Source: the human T2T-CHM13v2.0 reference genome, Homo sapiens
DNA: 64,000 nt
Direction: 5' to 3' (one strand)
Assembly (NCBI RefSeq): GCF_009914755.1
Contig: NC_060944.1
Shown here piece by piece: positions 19,401-33,889 of the stretch. Position 1 is the stretch's first letter. The number at the start of each line of letters is the position of its first letter. The position numbers and the translations under genes were made by a program. The notes below the pieces were generated by a model. The model was not told where the DNA came from, did not search any database, and was given only the letters and a program-made list of their open reading frames with translations.

Positions 19401-21432
19401 AAAAAAAAAGGAAAAGCCAAAAGCACCCATCTTCTTACCCAGGCTACTATCTCTAAAGATATCCATTGCTAATAATCCCTTATGCTTTGCTTTCTTCCAG
19501 GAAAAATGCAAATGATAGTTTGGCTTTCTTGTCTTCCCCTTGCTCTCTCTTTCTCTCTCTCTCTCTGTTAGATGTGTATGCATATATACATGTATATATG
19601 TGTGTATACATATCTATATATGATATGAGCTCTTCCCAAAGCTCTTTCTGCCTCTGGATGTCAGTGTTGATGATGTAATATCTGGAGCTTTCTCAAACGT
19701 CTTGCTACCAGATCAAGGCTGAAGCATCATGAACGGAGAGGTAAGGATGAGAGAATCCCAGGGATTCTGGGTGATGGGAGATGGATGCTGGGAGTTCTGC
19801 TTCTGGAGCCTGTCTCAACCAAGGGCTTCTTAACATGAGGGGTGGAGCATTCCCTTTGCATTTAAGACATTTTAATTGGGAACTTGTTTACACGCGGCTG
19901 AAGGCCTCTCACCAGGCACTGATGCCCGTGCAGATTTCTTCTGCATGAGTTTCTCCTTCCCTCACCTCTTCTCCAGGTCTCCTACTTTTGTGGCTGGTGG
20001 ATTTGCCTCTTCCTTAACGTCCCATTTGCCCATGCACTGTGCAAGAATACCGGAGTCTGCCTATGTTATTGTCAGAGGGGAGTTTCCAGGAAGCTAATGG
20101 TATTTAAGCGCAGGGCTCCTCACAACCGCAGAAAAGGGTCTGAGTGGGGCCGAGCAACAGGTGTTCTTGGCTGGATGTTTTCTACAATTTTAAGAAGTAT
20201 TTAAACTGCAGTTATTCAAGAGCATTGCCTTTGTTTACTCTGACTTTCTCTTTCCCACTCTCCTCCTGCATGCTCTGTGGGTGGACACAGGCATTTTGGT
20301 ATCTGGCTAAGAGGAAGCTGAGCTGGGACGCATTTAACCTGGGGTGAGGGGAACACACTCCTGTGGTTCTCAGCCACTCCTGGGCATAGTTACGTTGTCT
20401 CTAGAGACCCTGTTGTAAAAGTGGCCCCAGCCCTGGCCCCACCATCCGCCTAGGATTTGACCCAAAGTAGCAGGGGCAGAGGTGGTTCCTGGATCACGAC
20501 ATTTCCCAGCACCACATATGGGAAGCCTGTGATCAGTGCAGAGGAAACAAGGTTTGCAATGCGTGGAGCCAGAAGCCACTGTGTGGAAAATTATTCCCAG
20601 CAGAAATATGGAAATTATGAGTGGATAATTTGGTTCTTTTTGACACCTAGTCAAAAATGGAAGTTTTCTCCTGTTGGAAATATACTCACCAATATGGTAT
20701 ATACAATAGTTAGTGCACCATGCAGTTGATTTATTTTTGATGGGAATTGGATGAGAAATAAATCTTGATTTTTAACATTTGTATAGCACAGACCTGTGTG
20801 GTGAAACTGCCCACAGCAAGGACACACGCATGTGAATGGCACAGACACGAGGCGCGGGGCTGACCTCCCTCCCCTCTTACCCTGACGACCTCTCCCAGCT
20901 GCAGGCAACACAGATGTAAACTTGACCAGCAGCAAGACAGCTTGAAGAAATACTTGTTTCAAGGGAAACTCCTCCTGCATGTTCAATGACCTAATAAATA
21001 TAGCACAAAATGATACATTTGCACAATTGTGAATCTCAGAACAACAGTGACACATTAAAAATGCTGTGATAGTGAGCACTGTCAATAGAAAAAGTCCCTA
21101 CGATCATCAATCAACAAAATTTAGAAAGAGCTAAAATCTTAGAGATCACTATGAAAGTAAACTGGAAGAGACTTTTCCAAATTTGACGACAATCAGAAAA
21201 GGTTTGAGTTATAAATTAGAAGGAAGATGTTATGCACCATCAGTTTTACAAAATGATAAAACATCTTAGTAGAAAGACTGGCTTATCCTTCTGCCCTATT
21301 TATACACAATTCTGCTATAAATTCAATGTCTTATGATGAGGCAGATAACGATTCATTAATTGAAGATGAAAACATAGGAAGAAATTATTAGAGTTGTGTC
21401 ACATATTAATTAATAAAATATTATATAAATAA

Positions 21433-21859
<427 letters not shown>

Positions 21860-24800
21860 TCAAACTGCAGCTTTGAAATGTTAAACAGCCTCTTTCTTGG
21901 CTGACTACCGCATTTCATCTCAATGGAAGATCTTGTTCTGTAGAATTGGGGGGAAGTCAGAATTTTTGCTTATCAGTAAGAACATCCCACTGCCTGAAGG
22001 ATGTAGATTCACCTTCACAGAGAGGTGCAGAATGTTAGAGAAGGGGTTTCCGGACAGAACCTTCCTCATCTGGCTGAACTTTATGGGTTCTGATGACATA
22101 GGAGCTGGGTGCATTTTGCAGTCCAGAGCAGACACTGGCTCCTTTCCACAGAGGCCTTCTGAGTGTATCAATACAGCCTCAAAATTCCTTTCCCCAGTCC
22201 TATATATTTTCCTTTATTTGGCGAGTTTTCCTGGGTTCCCTTGGTGTGACTGTCATTTTTCTGGATTTTGTATTTTTTTTAGTAGCATTTTAAAATGTGT
22301 AATTTTCTATGATTTCTTTTCTCTTCCTAAATACATGTTAATTTTTGTGCTTAGTTCATATTGGTAATATCATGCTATTTTTCATACAGAATGCCCCTAT
22401 ATTGTTGGAGCCTCAGGCCCCACAGCACCTGGTCCACCTGTGGTCGTGCGAGCGTCCACTTGCCCAAAGAAAGACTGCACTGCCTTGTGCTTCCCAGGCC
22501 TCCAACACACTCACCCCTCCTTCAAGTGATTTGTGTGTGCTGGATGATGGGTTAATAAACACTGCAGTTTCTGTCTTTTACCACTGATTTGTGATATTAT
22601 TTTTGCTAAAGGAATTCTTAGAAGAGACAACATATTTCCAAATATGACTTAATCAGGAGCCTCCTTAACACAACTCCAAAGACCTCGTGGCTTCAGAACA
22701 CAGCTCAGTGCCCACCACCTGGCCCAGAAGATGCACTTGCTAGCTCTTGGCCTCCCTGCCCCCTCCTCTGCTCCAGGGGCACATCCTGGAGCCTGTGCTA
22801 TAAGGACTTGCAAGCAGCCCCTCACATCTGCCACTGGGGACTTCTGCAACTTTCTTATTTGCCCCATCTTTCTCTGTAGAAGTGTTCATCTCTGTGTGAC
22901 AGAGGGACTGCTGTGAAACGCCAGCATGTGGGGTTAAAGTGAGATTATTATATATATTTAAAGGGAGATTCATTTTGTGTCCCATGTCTGGTGGCAATAT
23001 TATTTGGGATAATAATATTAATCAGTATTCAAAACTTTCCATTATTTAAGTGTCAGATGATCACTGTGTGAGTTTAATTTTGTTCAGGGAGGCAAGAGTG
23101 AATGGTAGGTGAGGCCTTCGACTCTGACATCTGATGTTTGCCCCATGTGACTTCAGCAGCTGGTCACCCCTCAAGCACCAGGTTCCACCTTTCTCCAAAC
23201 AGGGAAAGCCATGCTGCCTGCTTCACCAGTAAGAGTAGACGAGATGATGGATACAGAACCCCAACTGTCCTATGCACACATCATCCATGCTCACTTGGAG
23301 GCTGGTGTTATTTCTCATGCTCAGGTGTTGCTTGTGGAAGTCAGGCATATTATTTAAACATTTTATTTGCTTTAATATACAGTGTAACCAGGGTCATAAT
23401 TTCACATGTCTTGGAAAATACTTTTCAGTGCAAGGAAGCCGTCTGCATTCCCAGCATGGAAACTAATTTTCCCAGTACCATGCGGCAAGTCAGGATGAGC
23501 ATCTGGATCACTGGTCAGCCTCATGCCTTCTTCCACTTCTGTGCAAAGAATTCAGGCAGCCATTGTGGTAATCCTGATAACTGAGATTAAATCATTCTAG
23601 TTAATAGAGAGACTTGCCAGGACAACATCACCAAGTGCTGGAATTGGGGGAGGGTCTGAAGAGAAAAAAGATGAAGGAATTAAGTGGGGGTCAAGCCCAT
23701 ATAATGGCAGCACTTTCAGGTGCAGGTGGGTTTGAGCTGGAGGCCTAGAGGAGATGCTGCCTTTGATGCCATTGTCTGTCTAGACAAAGAGTCATTGTGT
23801 TCAGATGTTTTGTGTTTTCAATTTCTAACCCAGTAGGATCTGATTAATAACTGGCCCTGTCACCAGCATCAGGGCTGAACAATATGGTATTTTATTTTTA
23901 TTCAACTCTAATCCAAGGCTACCTTCATTTGGACATCAATATCTAATTTGTTCAACGGTGGTGTCTTTTACTTTGGCAGTTCTTCTTTTCCTCTCATAGA
24001 GAAATAAGCAGTCTTCAAAGAAGCTTTTAAATACTTACAAGATTCCTTATTTCAGTTCACATTGGGCCACTAAATTAATGAATCATGATTAGGAATATGC
24101 ATTTCTCCTTGCTTGAGTTCATCTGTAACTTTGTGAATGGGGTTTTACCCCTTTGTTGCAGGGTAAAGAAAGGGTCAGCATGTGACATTAACCTGGACAT
24201 TAATTCGAAGTCTTGCTTAGGAAGATATCAACAATGGTGTTTCTTTAGATAAAACATAAAGGTACTTTAAATTGTTTCAGTTAATGAATGATTCCAGTTA
24301 GTTAATAAGAATTATCATATAAATTGAATGCCAATAAATTCTAGAAATTGTTCCACTATTTTACATATGAGTAACACATGAGAACCAGAAATTGCCTTTA
24401 AAAACTTAGCTATGAAGCCCACTGGCTTCACCAGAGGCATGTTTCAGAAGCTGCATAAATGAGTATCTTTGATTGGGACATTTAGGGTTCAGAGAAACAA
24501 TTTACTAACTAGTTGTTGTGACGGCTGCAATTACTCTTTGGGTTTTAATTTTCTGAGTCAGTCCTAAACAGGTCAATCATTTCTTCCTAAATCGTTGGCC
24601 TATAATTAGGTGGTCTATGGCACACAAATTGTAATATGTGTTTCCTGGATGTATGGACCTGCCAGAGTAACTGCTGTGCATATGGAGAAACTATATATAA
24701 CTGCACAAACTGGGACAGTTTTGGTTTTTGTAAATGAAAGTAAAACTATTATCATAATACAAATGTGAGCACACTTCTCTCCTCACAAGCTTTGTAATAT

Positions 24801-26604
24801 ATACCTTTAGAAAGAATGTTAAGAACTGCAGACAGCCAGATTTTCTATAGCAACCTTATCTTTTCAAACTTTAATTGCAATCACTCCCCACCTAATCTGA
24901 CTCCTCCTTTCACAATTCATACATGATTTTCTCACCATGCTTTAAGGGTATAAATATAACCATATGAAGTTTACTTCAAAATGTGTTCCACCAATATACT
25001 CTGCATGAAAATCACCTGCATGGTACTTAGAAACAGATTCCTCGACCCTATCCCAGACCTGCTGAACCTGGTGTGGTGTGGTGTGGTGTGGTGTGTGTGT
25101 GTGTGACACGTGCATGTGCACTTTGACAAGCCCTCATGGTAACTCTGGTATTCTCTACGTTTTGAGAACCAGCGTCTCTTGAAATTTAACGACCTAGTCT
25201 CCTTGCAGATATACAGCATGTGCTCCTGAGGAATTAACCTTTGTGCATGCTTTTTGTATTGCTCTACCCTTTTTAATCTCCTGCCCAGAGACGCTAATGC
25301 CATTGGACTTGATTGGGAAAGAAATAAGCGATAGAAAAGAAAGGCCAACACCACAACTGAAGAGGCTTTCTGTATGTGACTGTGTGGCTTGCTTCTGATC
25401 AGGAAAACTTAAGTTTCTGAATAACTGACAACCCTTTCTTCCTTTCTTGGTGATGAATGCCCTACATTCAAAGATGTTGCCTATCTTTGCTGGGCTTCAG
25501 AAGACTTCCAGCAGGGTTTACAATGCTCCTCTTAATAGCAGATTTCTATTTTTTCCCCAAATTAACTCATAATAAAGCAACACTTATTAAGCACATGTAA
25601 GATGCCAAGTTCTGCACTCAGCTTCCACATCAGTTCGTTTTCCACTTGAACAACTGAAAATATGTATTTGCATAGGGCAGAAGGCAGCACAGTTTATGTT
25701 CAAAAAAATACAGAATTTTTCCCTCCAGTAAATTGCATATTACTCATAAAACAAGCCCAAAACTACAGCCTCACTAAAATTCTTGGTTGTCCTACACTGT
25801 GGGAATTGAAATAGAATTTCATCAGCAGCTATGTGCTAAGCACCTCCTACATGCAAGAGACATCTATGGGGTGACATGCAAAGATGTGCAAGTTAAATTG
25901 GTTCTATCTTCAATGAATTTTAAGGATAGTTCTGTTGTCAGTGGGCTGGTTCAGATTCTTGACTTTGCCACACAAAAGAATTTGAAAGGGAGTTCAACGT
26001 GAATGTACGTAAAGAAGCATATCCTTTTCTTTGGATATATATCCAGGAGTGAGATTGCTGGATCATATGGTAGTTCAATTCTTTGCTTATTTAGAAAACT
26101 CCTATGCTAATTACCCTGATTTGATCATTACATATTATATATATGTATTGAAATATCACACTATGCTCCATAAATATGATAAATATGTGCAATTATTGTG
26201 TCAATTTAAATATATATAAATGAAATCCATTTAAATTTTGTGACCCTTGATGAAAATATTTCAGCAAATTATTATTTACCACAAAAAAATGAAGGCAGGT
26301 GGTATAAAGTAAAAGATATTTTGGTACAGCATAACATTATTCTGTAGGCCACACAATTTAACTTCTTGGTTACTGTATTTAGATCTGTATTTTGTAGTTT
26401 CATCACTTCTAATTAGTTAAATGTAATATTTATGGTTATTTCTATAAAATATTTGTGGACCTACTTTTCTAATGTTGTTTATGACATCTTGAAATAAGAT
26501 AACTCCCTTCAGGAAAAAAAAATTTATTAGTTGCTAGTTTTTTGTTCTGAAAAGACCTCAGAATTTTTTGGCTCCTCTAAATATCGTGTACATCATGGTG
26601 TTTT

Positions 26605-29600
26605 TGTTACTGAAATACCAGGGACTTGAAGTCCTGTTGCTTGCTGCATAGAAAGCAAATCACTGAGTATTGCCAGAGAAGAAGGCTTTAATCAGGTGCT
26701 GCAGTTGAGGAGATGGGATATCAGTCTCAAATCCATCTCCTCATCTGACTGCAATTGAGAGACTATGTAGCAGGGAAGGAATGTAGCTATATGCTATATA
26801 TACAGGAAAACAGGAATGAGGGAGGAGTAGGGAAGAGGTGTTTCCATTTCTTGATATTAGCCTTAGGTTGGTTTTCTGAGAAAGAAACTCAGATAAGACA
26901 ATGGTTTCAAGCTTTAAGACTAGTAGGGTCAATTTCTATGTTTATTAAAAGGAAAAAACATAAACATCAGTTCTACCAGGAAATTGGGCCATTTCAGTGC
27001 CCTCTTTCTATATACCAATTCCTCAATCATGGGGAATCTTGTCATTGATCTTTCTGGCTGCTTCAAGCAGAGGAGGGGCATGGTGGGATAATGAGTAATG
27101 AGAATCTCATATCTGTAATTGGAAGTGCTCATGAGTACCTGGTTAGCATCTGGCTTGTTGGAGCCCCACGATCTGGGTGAATTTATTATGATTTTAGAGC
27201 AACATTTCAAGCCATATTGACTAAGAGCTAATAGCATAGATAACCCAAATTTAAGCATTTTGTTACACCCATCTGAGTTCAGGAATTTAGAGAAGCAAAG
27301 TTCCCCAGTTTTTCAGCTTTTAGGCATCTGTGTGCCCATCCTTGATTTAGAAGGTCTGAACTAATTTTATCTCTCAAAATCAGCCCTTAAAATCTCACTC
27401 ACTCACCTTTTATGCAGTAGTCCCTTGACCTAAAGGGATTGAATAGATCTAATTTTTTGCTCTGTGTCTCAGAAAAGCAGTTCATTTTGATTGTCACCTT
27501 CTCCAGGGTCTGAAGAGGAGGCTTTGACTGATGTCAATATTCAAGATTTATCAGGAATGGATGCCTTTTTCAGACCAAGGAGTCAAAACCCTGCAACTTA
27601 ACAGCAGGAGGATTAGTTAATAGGACATTTATCAAGGATGTTAAAAGACTAAAAAATTGGATCAAAACAGAATCACAGGTCATTGTAAAGTAGTAGCTAC
27701 TTATTTAACCAAAGTGATCATCAAAAAACTTTTAAAGCATAGAATAAAATTATAAGCATTTTATCCATAATATGCAGATAGACTACTTTGCTATAAAATA
27801 AATTTCTGCAATATAAATGATCAAATATAGTATATATATTTATGCTAAGAACAGAAGCCAGTGTTTATTAAACTGTTTAAAAACATAAAGAACATTTTAA
27901 AATTGTGGTTACATTTACATATAATGGAGAAAGTTCTTTCATTCTCTCTAACTTGTCACAAATTAAAACACTGTGATGGGGTGTTGAGTAGTTACTGCCT
28001 GCAGGACCTCAAACCACTGTAATTAAGTGGCTAGGTTACATATAACCCAGCAATCTCACTGCTGGGTATATACCCAAAAGAAGAGAATCAGTATATTGAA
28101 GAGACATCTCCACTCCCTTGTTTGTTGCAGCATTATTCACAGAAGCCAAGGTTTGGAAGCAATCTAAGTATCCATCAACAGATGAATAGATAAAGAAAAT
28201 GTGGTACATATGCATCATGCAGAACTATTCAGCCACAAAAAAAGGATGAGATCCTGTCATTTGCAAAAATATGGATGTTACTGGAGGTCATTATGTTAAT
28301 TGAAATAAGCCAGGCACAGAAAGACAAACGTCACATGTTCTTAACTATGTGTGGGATGTAAAAATCAAAACAATTGAGCACATGGAGACAGAGAGTAGAT
28401 GCATAGTTACCAGAGGCTAGGAAGGGTAATGGACAGTATAGGAAAGGTGAGGATGGTTAATGGGCACAAAAACTAGTTTGAGAGAATGAATAATATCTAG
28501 TATTTGATAGCACAACAGGGTGACTATAGTCAAAGTAACTTAACTATGCATTTAAAAATAACTAAAAGAGGATAATTAAGTGGTTTGTAACACAAAGGAT
28601 AAATGCTTGACAGGGTAGATATCTTATTTTCCATGATGTGATTATGATGCATTGCATGCCTGTAACAAATATCTCATGTAGCCCCTAAATATATACACCT
28701 AATATGTACTCACAAAAATTTTTTAAAAATTATAAAGTGGCTAGGTTACTCCCTGCATGTATCTAAATGCTAGCATTTTGGAGACAGGCTATGACCAAAA
28801 GCATAAAAAATGTGGTAGGTCCTATGGCAAACTTATCTAAATCAGACAATTAACTTTTCTTTCTATCATTTAAAAAAATGATATATGCAAATACCAGTTT
28901 TGGAAATTCAGTATGAAGATAAATAATCTCCTTCACTTAAATAGTATACACAAAACAAGGACACAGTAGAAACAAGCACAAAATAATTTATTTTCAGCTA
29001 TTTTAAAAGAGCATCATCACACAATTACAAAATTGGTTTCTAGATACAGTACTGACAGCCAATTAGGTAACTTTTACCACTAGAAATCTTCAAATCAGTG
29101 CAACACTTATACATATTTTGTTTTTAAGCACAGACATGAATCCCCAACAGTGATAAAAGGCTTGGGATCAAAAATCATTAGAACGTCTCACATTTTTAAA
29201 CTGCTACCTAATCCAGGTGAATGCCACTTAATTTTAATAACAATTAAAACAACTAAAGTAGCTTGAGAGAAATCCCAGTCAATATAATTTCCTTAAGGAC
29301 AAGGCCAAACTTTCCAGAACTTTGAAACTTATACCATATCACAGTTTTTCCTCATTACAATATCTGAAACCAGTTCAAACACTGATCAAATTGAATTATC
29401 TTGAAAATAAAAACCATTTAAAGGTTTCTACTCTCACCTACTTTTACAAATAGTAAGATAAAGTAGGTACTATCTCTGTTCAGAACTTATAAAAGTAAGT
29501 CTTTTATTTTTGGCCAGAAATATTAAAGCTCTTAAAGCTCTCCAGATCATCAGAGGTAACCATACCAATCAAATTTTAAGTGTCTTGTGTGCTCTATCAA

Positions 29601-32193
29601 CTTTTAGAGGCTTGATGAAGGTAGTTTAGGATTTTTAGATAAGTAGAGCAAATGATGAATTGTTGGAAATGCATAGAAACAAAATGACTATCCATAGAAC
29701 CAAATAAAAGCCTTCCATTACAAAGTTTGAAAAATCAGTTTACTTAGTAAAACCCAAAGAAGAGCAAACAGCAAGAAAAAAACAAATAAATAGGAACATG
29801 ACTCACAATTTTTTTCCACTCAGTTTACATTGGAGGCTAGTGTTACTCAGAGCCTAAAATGAGCACATGTGGGACAATGTCACATGTGGGACAATTTCAC
29901 ATATGGACAATGTCAATTGGCCAAATTTATCCAATTTTCTATCTGGTTTTAAAGAATATTTTATCTAAAGTTTTTGAAATCTTGATTTTCTCTGTGTGTA
30001 CATCAAGATACACATACAGAGAAATAGAAAATAACTACACATGACTTACACAGACAATGTATGACATGCTTGGGCTTTCTGTTTTGTCCTAAATTTTCTT
30101 TTTAAAATAACCAGTCATTTTAGTTCAAAACAAAAATTTCCCATAAGAGATCTTTCCTCATACGAAATTATTCTTTCTTTTTTCTCTTCCCTACCAAAGA
30201 AATGCATCTTTATATCCATAACTTTCCTTACATCTCTCTCCTCTACTTACTCTTTTCTTTCTACCTGGTTTATAAATAATCTTTCTAAGTCTTTAATTTC
30301 AATTAACCTTTAGATAACTGTTGAATTAGACAAAAGTATTATTTTCTTCAATAAGAATACATCTTCTTTGGCATATTTTATATACAGATCATTATGTATT
30401 AACCATAATATTTATTCTTAGTAACCTTGAATTTTGGCGAAAACATTGGAAGCAAGAAATCTGAACTATCTATCAGATATTAGCATTTTATAGATGAAAA
30501 CATTCCACATTTTTAAAAATAGTGTTTCCCCATATCATAACCCTTTCTTAATTGGAAATTACCAAGGTATCTAATGAGTATCAAAAATAATTTTAAGATT
30601 TAAAATTATACAAAAAGTTTACCTACAAGCATTTATCCTATTTGCATGTACTCAATTCTTTCAATTTTAACAGTTTATCTAGATTACCTCTGAAAACTGA
30701 GATGTTAGATAAAGCTAGCCATCATTTCAAGTAATCTCCTTGTTAACTATCTTAATAGCATGTGAATATCTGGCATTCACCTAAGTAATGACCTTAAAGT
30801 TAAATATATGGGCATTTTCACCAAGAACTCAGGATATTCAGCTGTTTTCATTAAACCAACAACATTAAATTAGTCTTATTTATCAAAAAAAAGTCATACA
30901 AACAAAGATCATTTTGCTGTGAATGGGTTTGTAGTTTCATAACCTTGTGTGCCAAACCTTGACACCTCAAAATATGTAGCAGAGACAAATATAAAACACA
31001 CACACACACAAATGTATATTGACAATTCTGAAGACATTTCTATTTTTATTTTACCAATAATTTTAAAGCCCACTTGTTTATTAAAGATTTACTTAAGTTA
31101 TGTGAACTTCAATAATGTTTGTATTTGTTTACTTAATCTATGAGCACTGTTTCATTTATAAGCCAGTTTGGTGTCCTGTGAAAACAACACATAACATCAG
31201 GATATATATACACACAGACAAACAAAGACCTAATAGTTTTACCACAGAACACTAGCCACAAGATAGCAGTACAAACTCAGTGGTTTACCTACATGTTCAC
31301 ATGGGTAAACTTTGCTTGCTCCAGTAGGTAATCCAGTGAAGACTGTGAAACAAAATTTTGGATAAAGCAGTTTCCGTGACAGTTTGATTTTTGATGGCCA
31401 AACCTTCCCAGACTCTAAAGAACACTGCGGCCAAACTGCACCCCAGGAGGACATCATGTAGTAACCAGGCCCAACCCTGCTTAGAACAGCGGCATAAAAC
31501 CTGGATGCAAGGAACTCCATCCTGCTTTCCCATTCACTAGCAAAATGAATCCAACTGTGAGATAGCACTACAACTCACAGACCTTTCGAAATCAGAAGAG
31601 AGCTGGCACGTTCAGGGTGGTGTGGCTGCAGACCTTCCCTTGCTCCATCAGACCAGAACTCTGCTCAGACCAACCTTGAAGAAGAAACCCACACAGGCTG
31701 CACTCTGGAATGGAACCCAACCACCCAAAACTCCATCAACACACACACACGCAATCGCCAAAATACAGTCCAACTGCTGCAACAACAAACAAGCCCCAAG
31801 GGTGTCCAAATGGGAACAATGGGGGTGCTTTCTTTCTCCACAGGTTGGGTTTGTTCAATCTGAAAATGGAAATTCCTCTAGAATTTCCTAAATTGAGAGG
31901 AGCAGATCCCACTGTCTGGACCCACAAAGGACACTCACTTGCACGCACATGTGCACATGCACACACGCAATTAGTGACAACCCCCAAGAGCGTCCACAGT
32001 AAAACAATTGGGGTGCTTCCTCTCTCTGTTCGTTGGGCTTGTTCAACCTGCAAACGGAAATTCCTTCAGATTTTCCCAAATTTAGGGAGCCATTCCTGCT
32101 CTCTAGTACCCACTAAAGACACTTGCCCAGTTAAACTTCAAAGGTAGTTCTTCCTAGGCAACCAGTAACACAATTGGGGCTGGCAGGATGGGG

Positions 32194-32228
<35 letters not shown>

Positions 32229-32738
32229 CACTTCCAGCCAAAAATGGGCAGGCAGCTGTTTAAGGGGGGCTCCCAAGATTCTCCTATCTCCCAGCAGCCG
32301 AGCTATGAGCACTGTCCTACCTGTCAGGGAACAAAAATCTGCTGCCAAAATGCCAGGGGTTTGTCTCGGTCGTATTGCTCACCGCACAGGAAGCCAGTCA
32401 CTGAGACGAGTACTGCCAGGGAAGAAGGCTTTAACTGAGTGCTGTAGCTGAGGAGACGGGAGACCAGTCTCAAATCCATCTCCCCATCTGGCTAAAATTG
32501 GAGGTTTATATCATGGGGAAGGAACATAGCTATAGGCAGGAAAACAGAAATTTGGGAGGGGTAAGGAAGAGGAGCTTTAGTTTCCTGATACAATCTGCAA
32601 GGCCTGAGGGTCAATTTCCTGAGACAGGAACTCAGATAAGACAAATGTGTTTCAAGCTTTAAGGCCGGGAGGATCAATTTCTATATAAAAAAGAAAAACA
32701 TAAACATCAACTTGGTGGGGAAAATCAGGCCAGTTTTG
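26605..32738 (-). mobile_element. Complete non-coding ERV1 provirus (MER66/MER4-group-like): LTRs 26605-26996 and 32340-32738
   Basis: Two similar LTRs in direct orientation; purine tract next to the left (3') LTR on the minus strand; Glu-type PBS at 32317-32334 next to the right (5') LTR; TTTT on both flanks (possible 4-bp TSD); no long ORFs. Confidence 0.75.
28040..28734 (+). mobile_element. 5'-truncated L1MA-like 3' end inserted in the provirus
   Basis: 15-bp TSD AAGTGGCTAGGTTAC at 28025-28039 and 28735-28749; L1 3' UTR motifs. Confidence 0.9.
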
Positions 32739-33062
32739 TTTTCCTCACATTTCCCCTGGGCCAGGACCCAGGAAGGTCCCCAGGGCAGTCATGTGTTCCA
32801 CCCTCATTTCAGACTGGAATAGCAACAGCTGCCTGCTGATCTAGAATCTTAGGAGTGGATGGAGAGATAATCACTTCCTGGGAAACTGTCCTTAATGAGT
32901 TGCAATCATTTTCAGCCTGTTTCAACCTATCTTGTCCTCCAAAGACCCGTAGCTAGGTTCTGTGGCTGCCTTTCTCCCTCATGCCTGCCCCACTGTGCAG
33001 CCCCGAGCAATGAAATCAGAGCTACACAGGGCAGAGCCTGGGCCTGAACAGGGGCCACCTGA

Positions 33063-33284
<222 letters not shown>

Positions 33285-33889
33285 TGATTTTTGTGTCACG
33301 ACTTCTTGGTCTCAGTGTTGGCACCGCGGTCTGGACCTCTCTTGGGTGTGAACTGAAGCTGGCCAGGCCTTGTTGACATTATCTGTGTTGTTTGTGACAC
33401 GGATAATTCACTTCAGTTTTGGAACATTTGTTGCATGCCAGATGTTTATTTGTTCTTCAACCATAATGAAGGGTAGAATTGAGGTAAACTTAGAAGAATT
33501 AATTCATTCATGTCTTAAAAATTATGTGTTGCTTTTCTGTTCTGTGTCAGGTGCTGCCCTAAGTCCTGGTTAAAAGTGGCCAGAACCTCATGGAGCTGCC
33601 ATTGTAGGGGCAGAGACAGGCGGGAAGGCAGGGAATGAGAGGAGAGAGGAAGGGAGGGAAGGTGGCTGTAGACCAATGCCAAGTGCAACTACCAAGCAAA
33701 TGCATAGCAGGGGAGGAAGGGAAAGAGGACGGTGTGGGGATTTCAGACAGCATTAGGGACATGCACAGGTGCTGCCCTGCACTCAGTGAGGCAGCTGTGG
33801 GACACTCTTCGCAGAGAGCTGACACGAAGGCGTCACCTTCCTCAGGAGGAAAATTAAAACCTCCTCGTGTAGTAGCAGAAAGCTTAGCA

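Noticed and set aside
29873-29915. 17-bp tandem CACATGTGGGACAATGT x~3
   Set aside because: Small slippage duplication within ERV internal sequence; no further signal.
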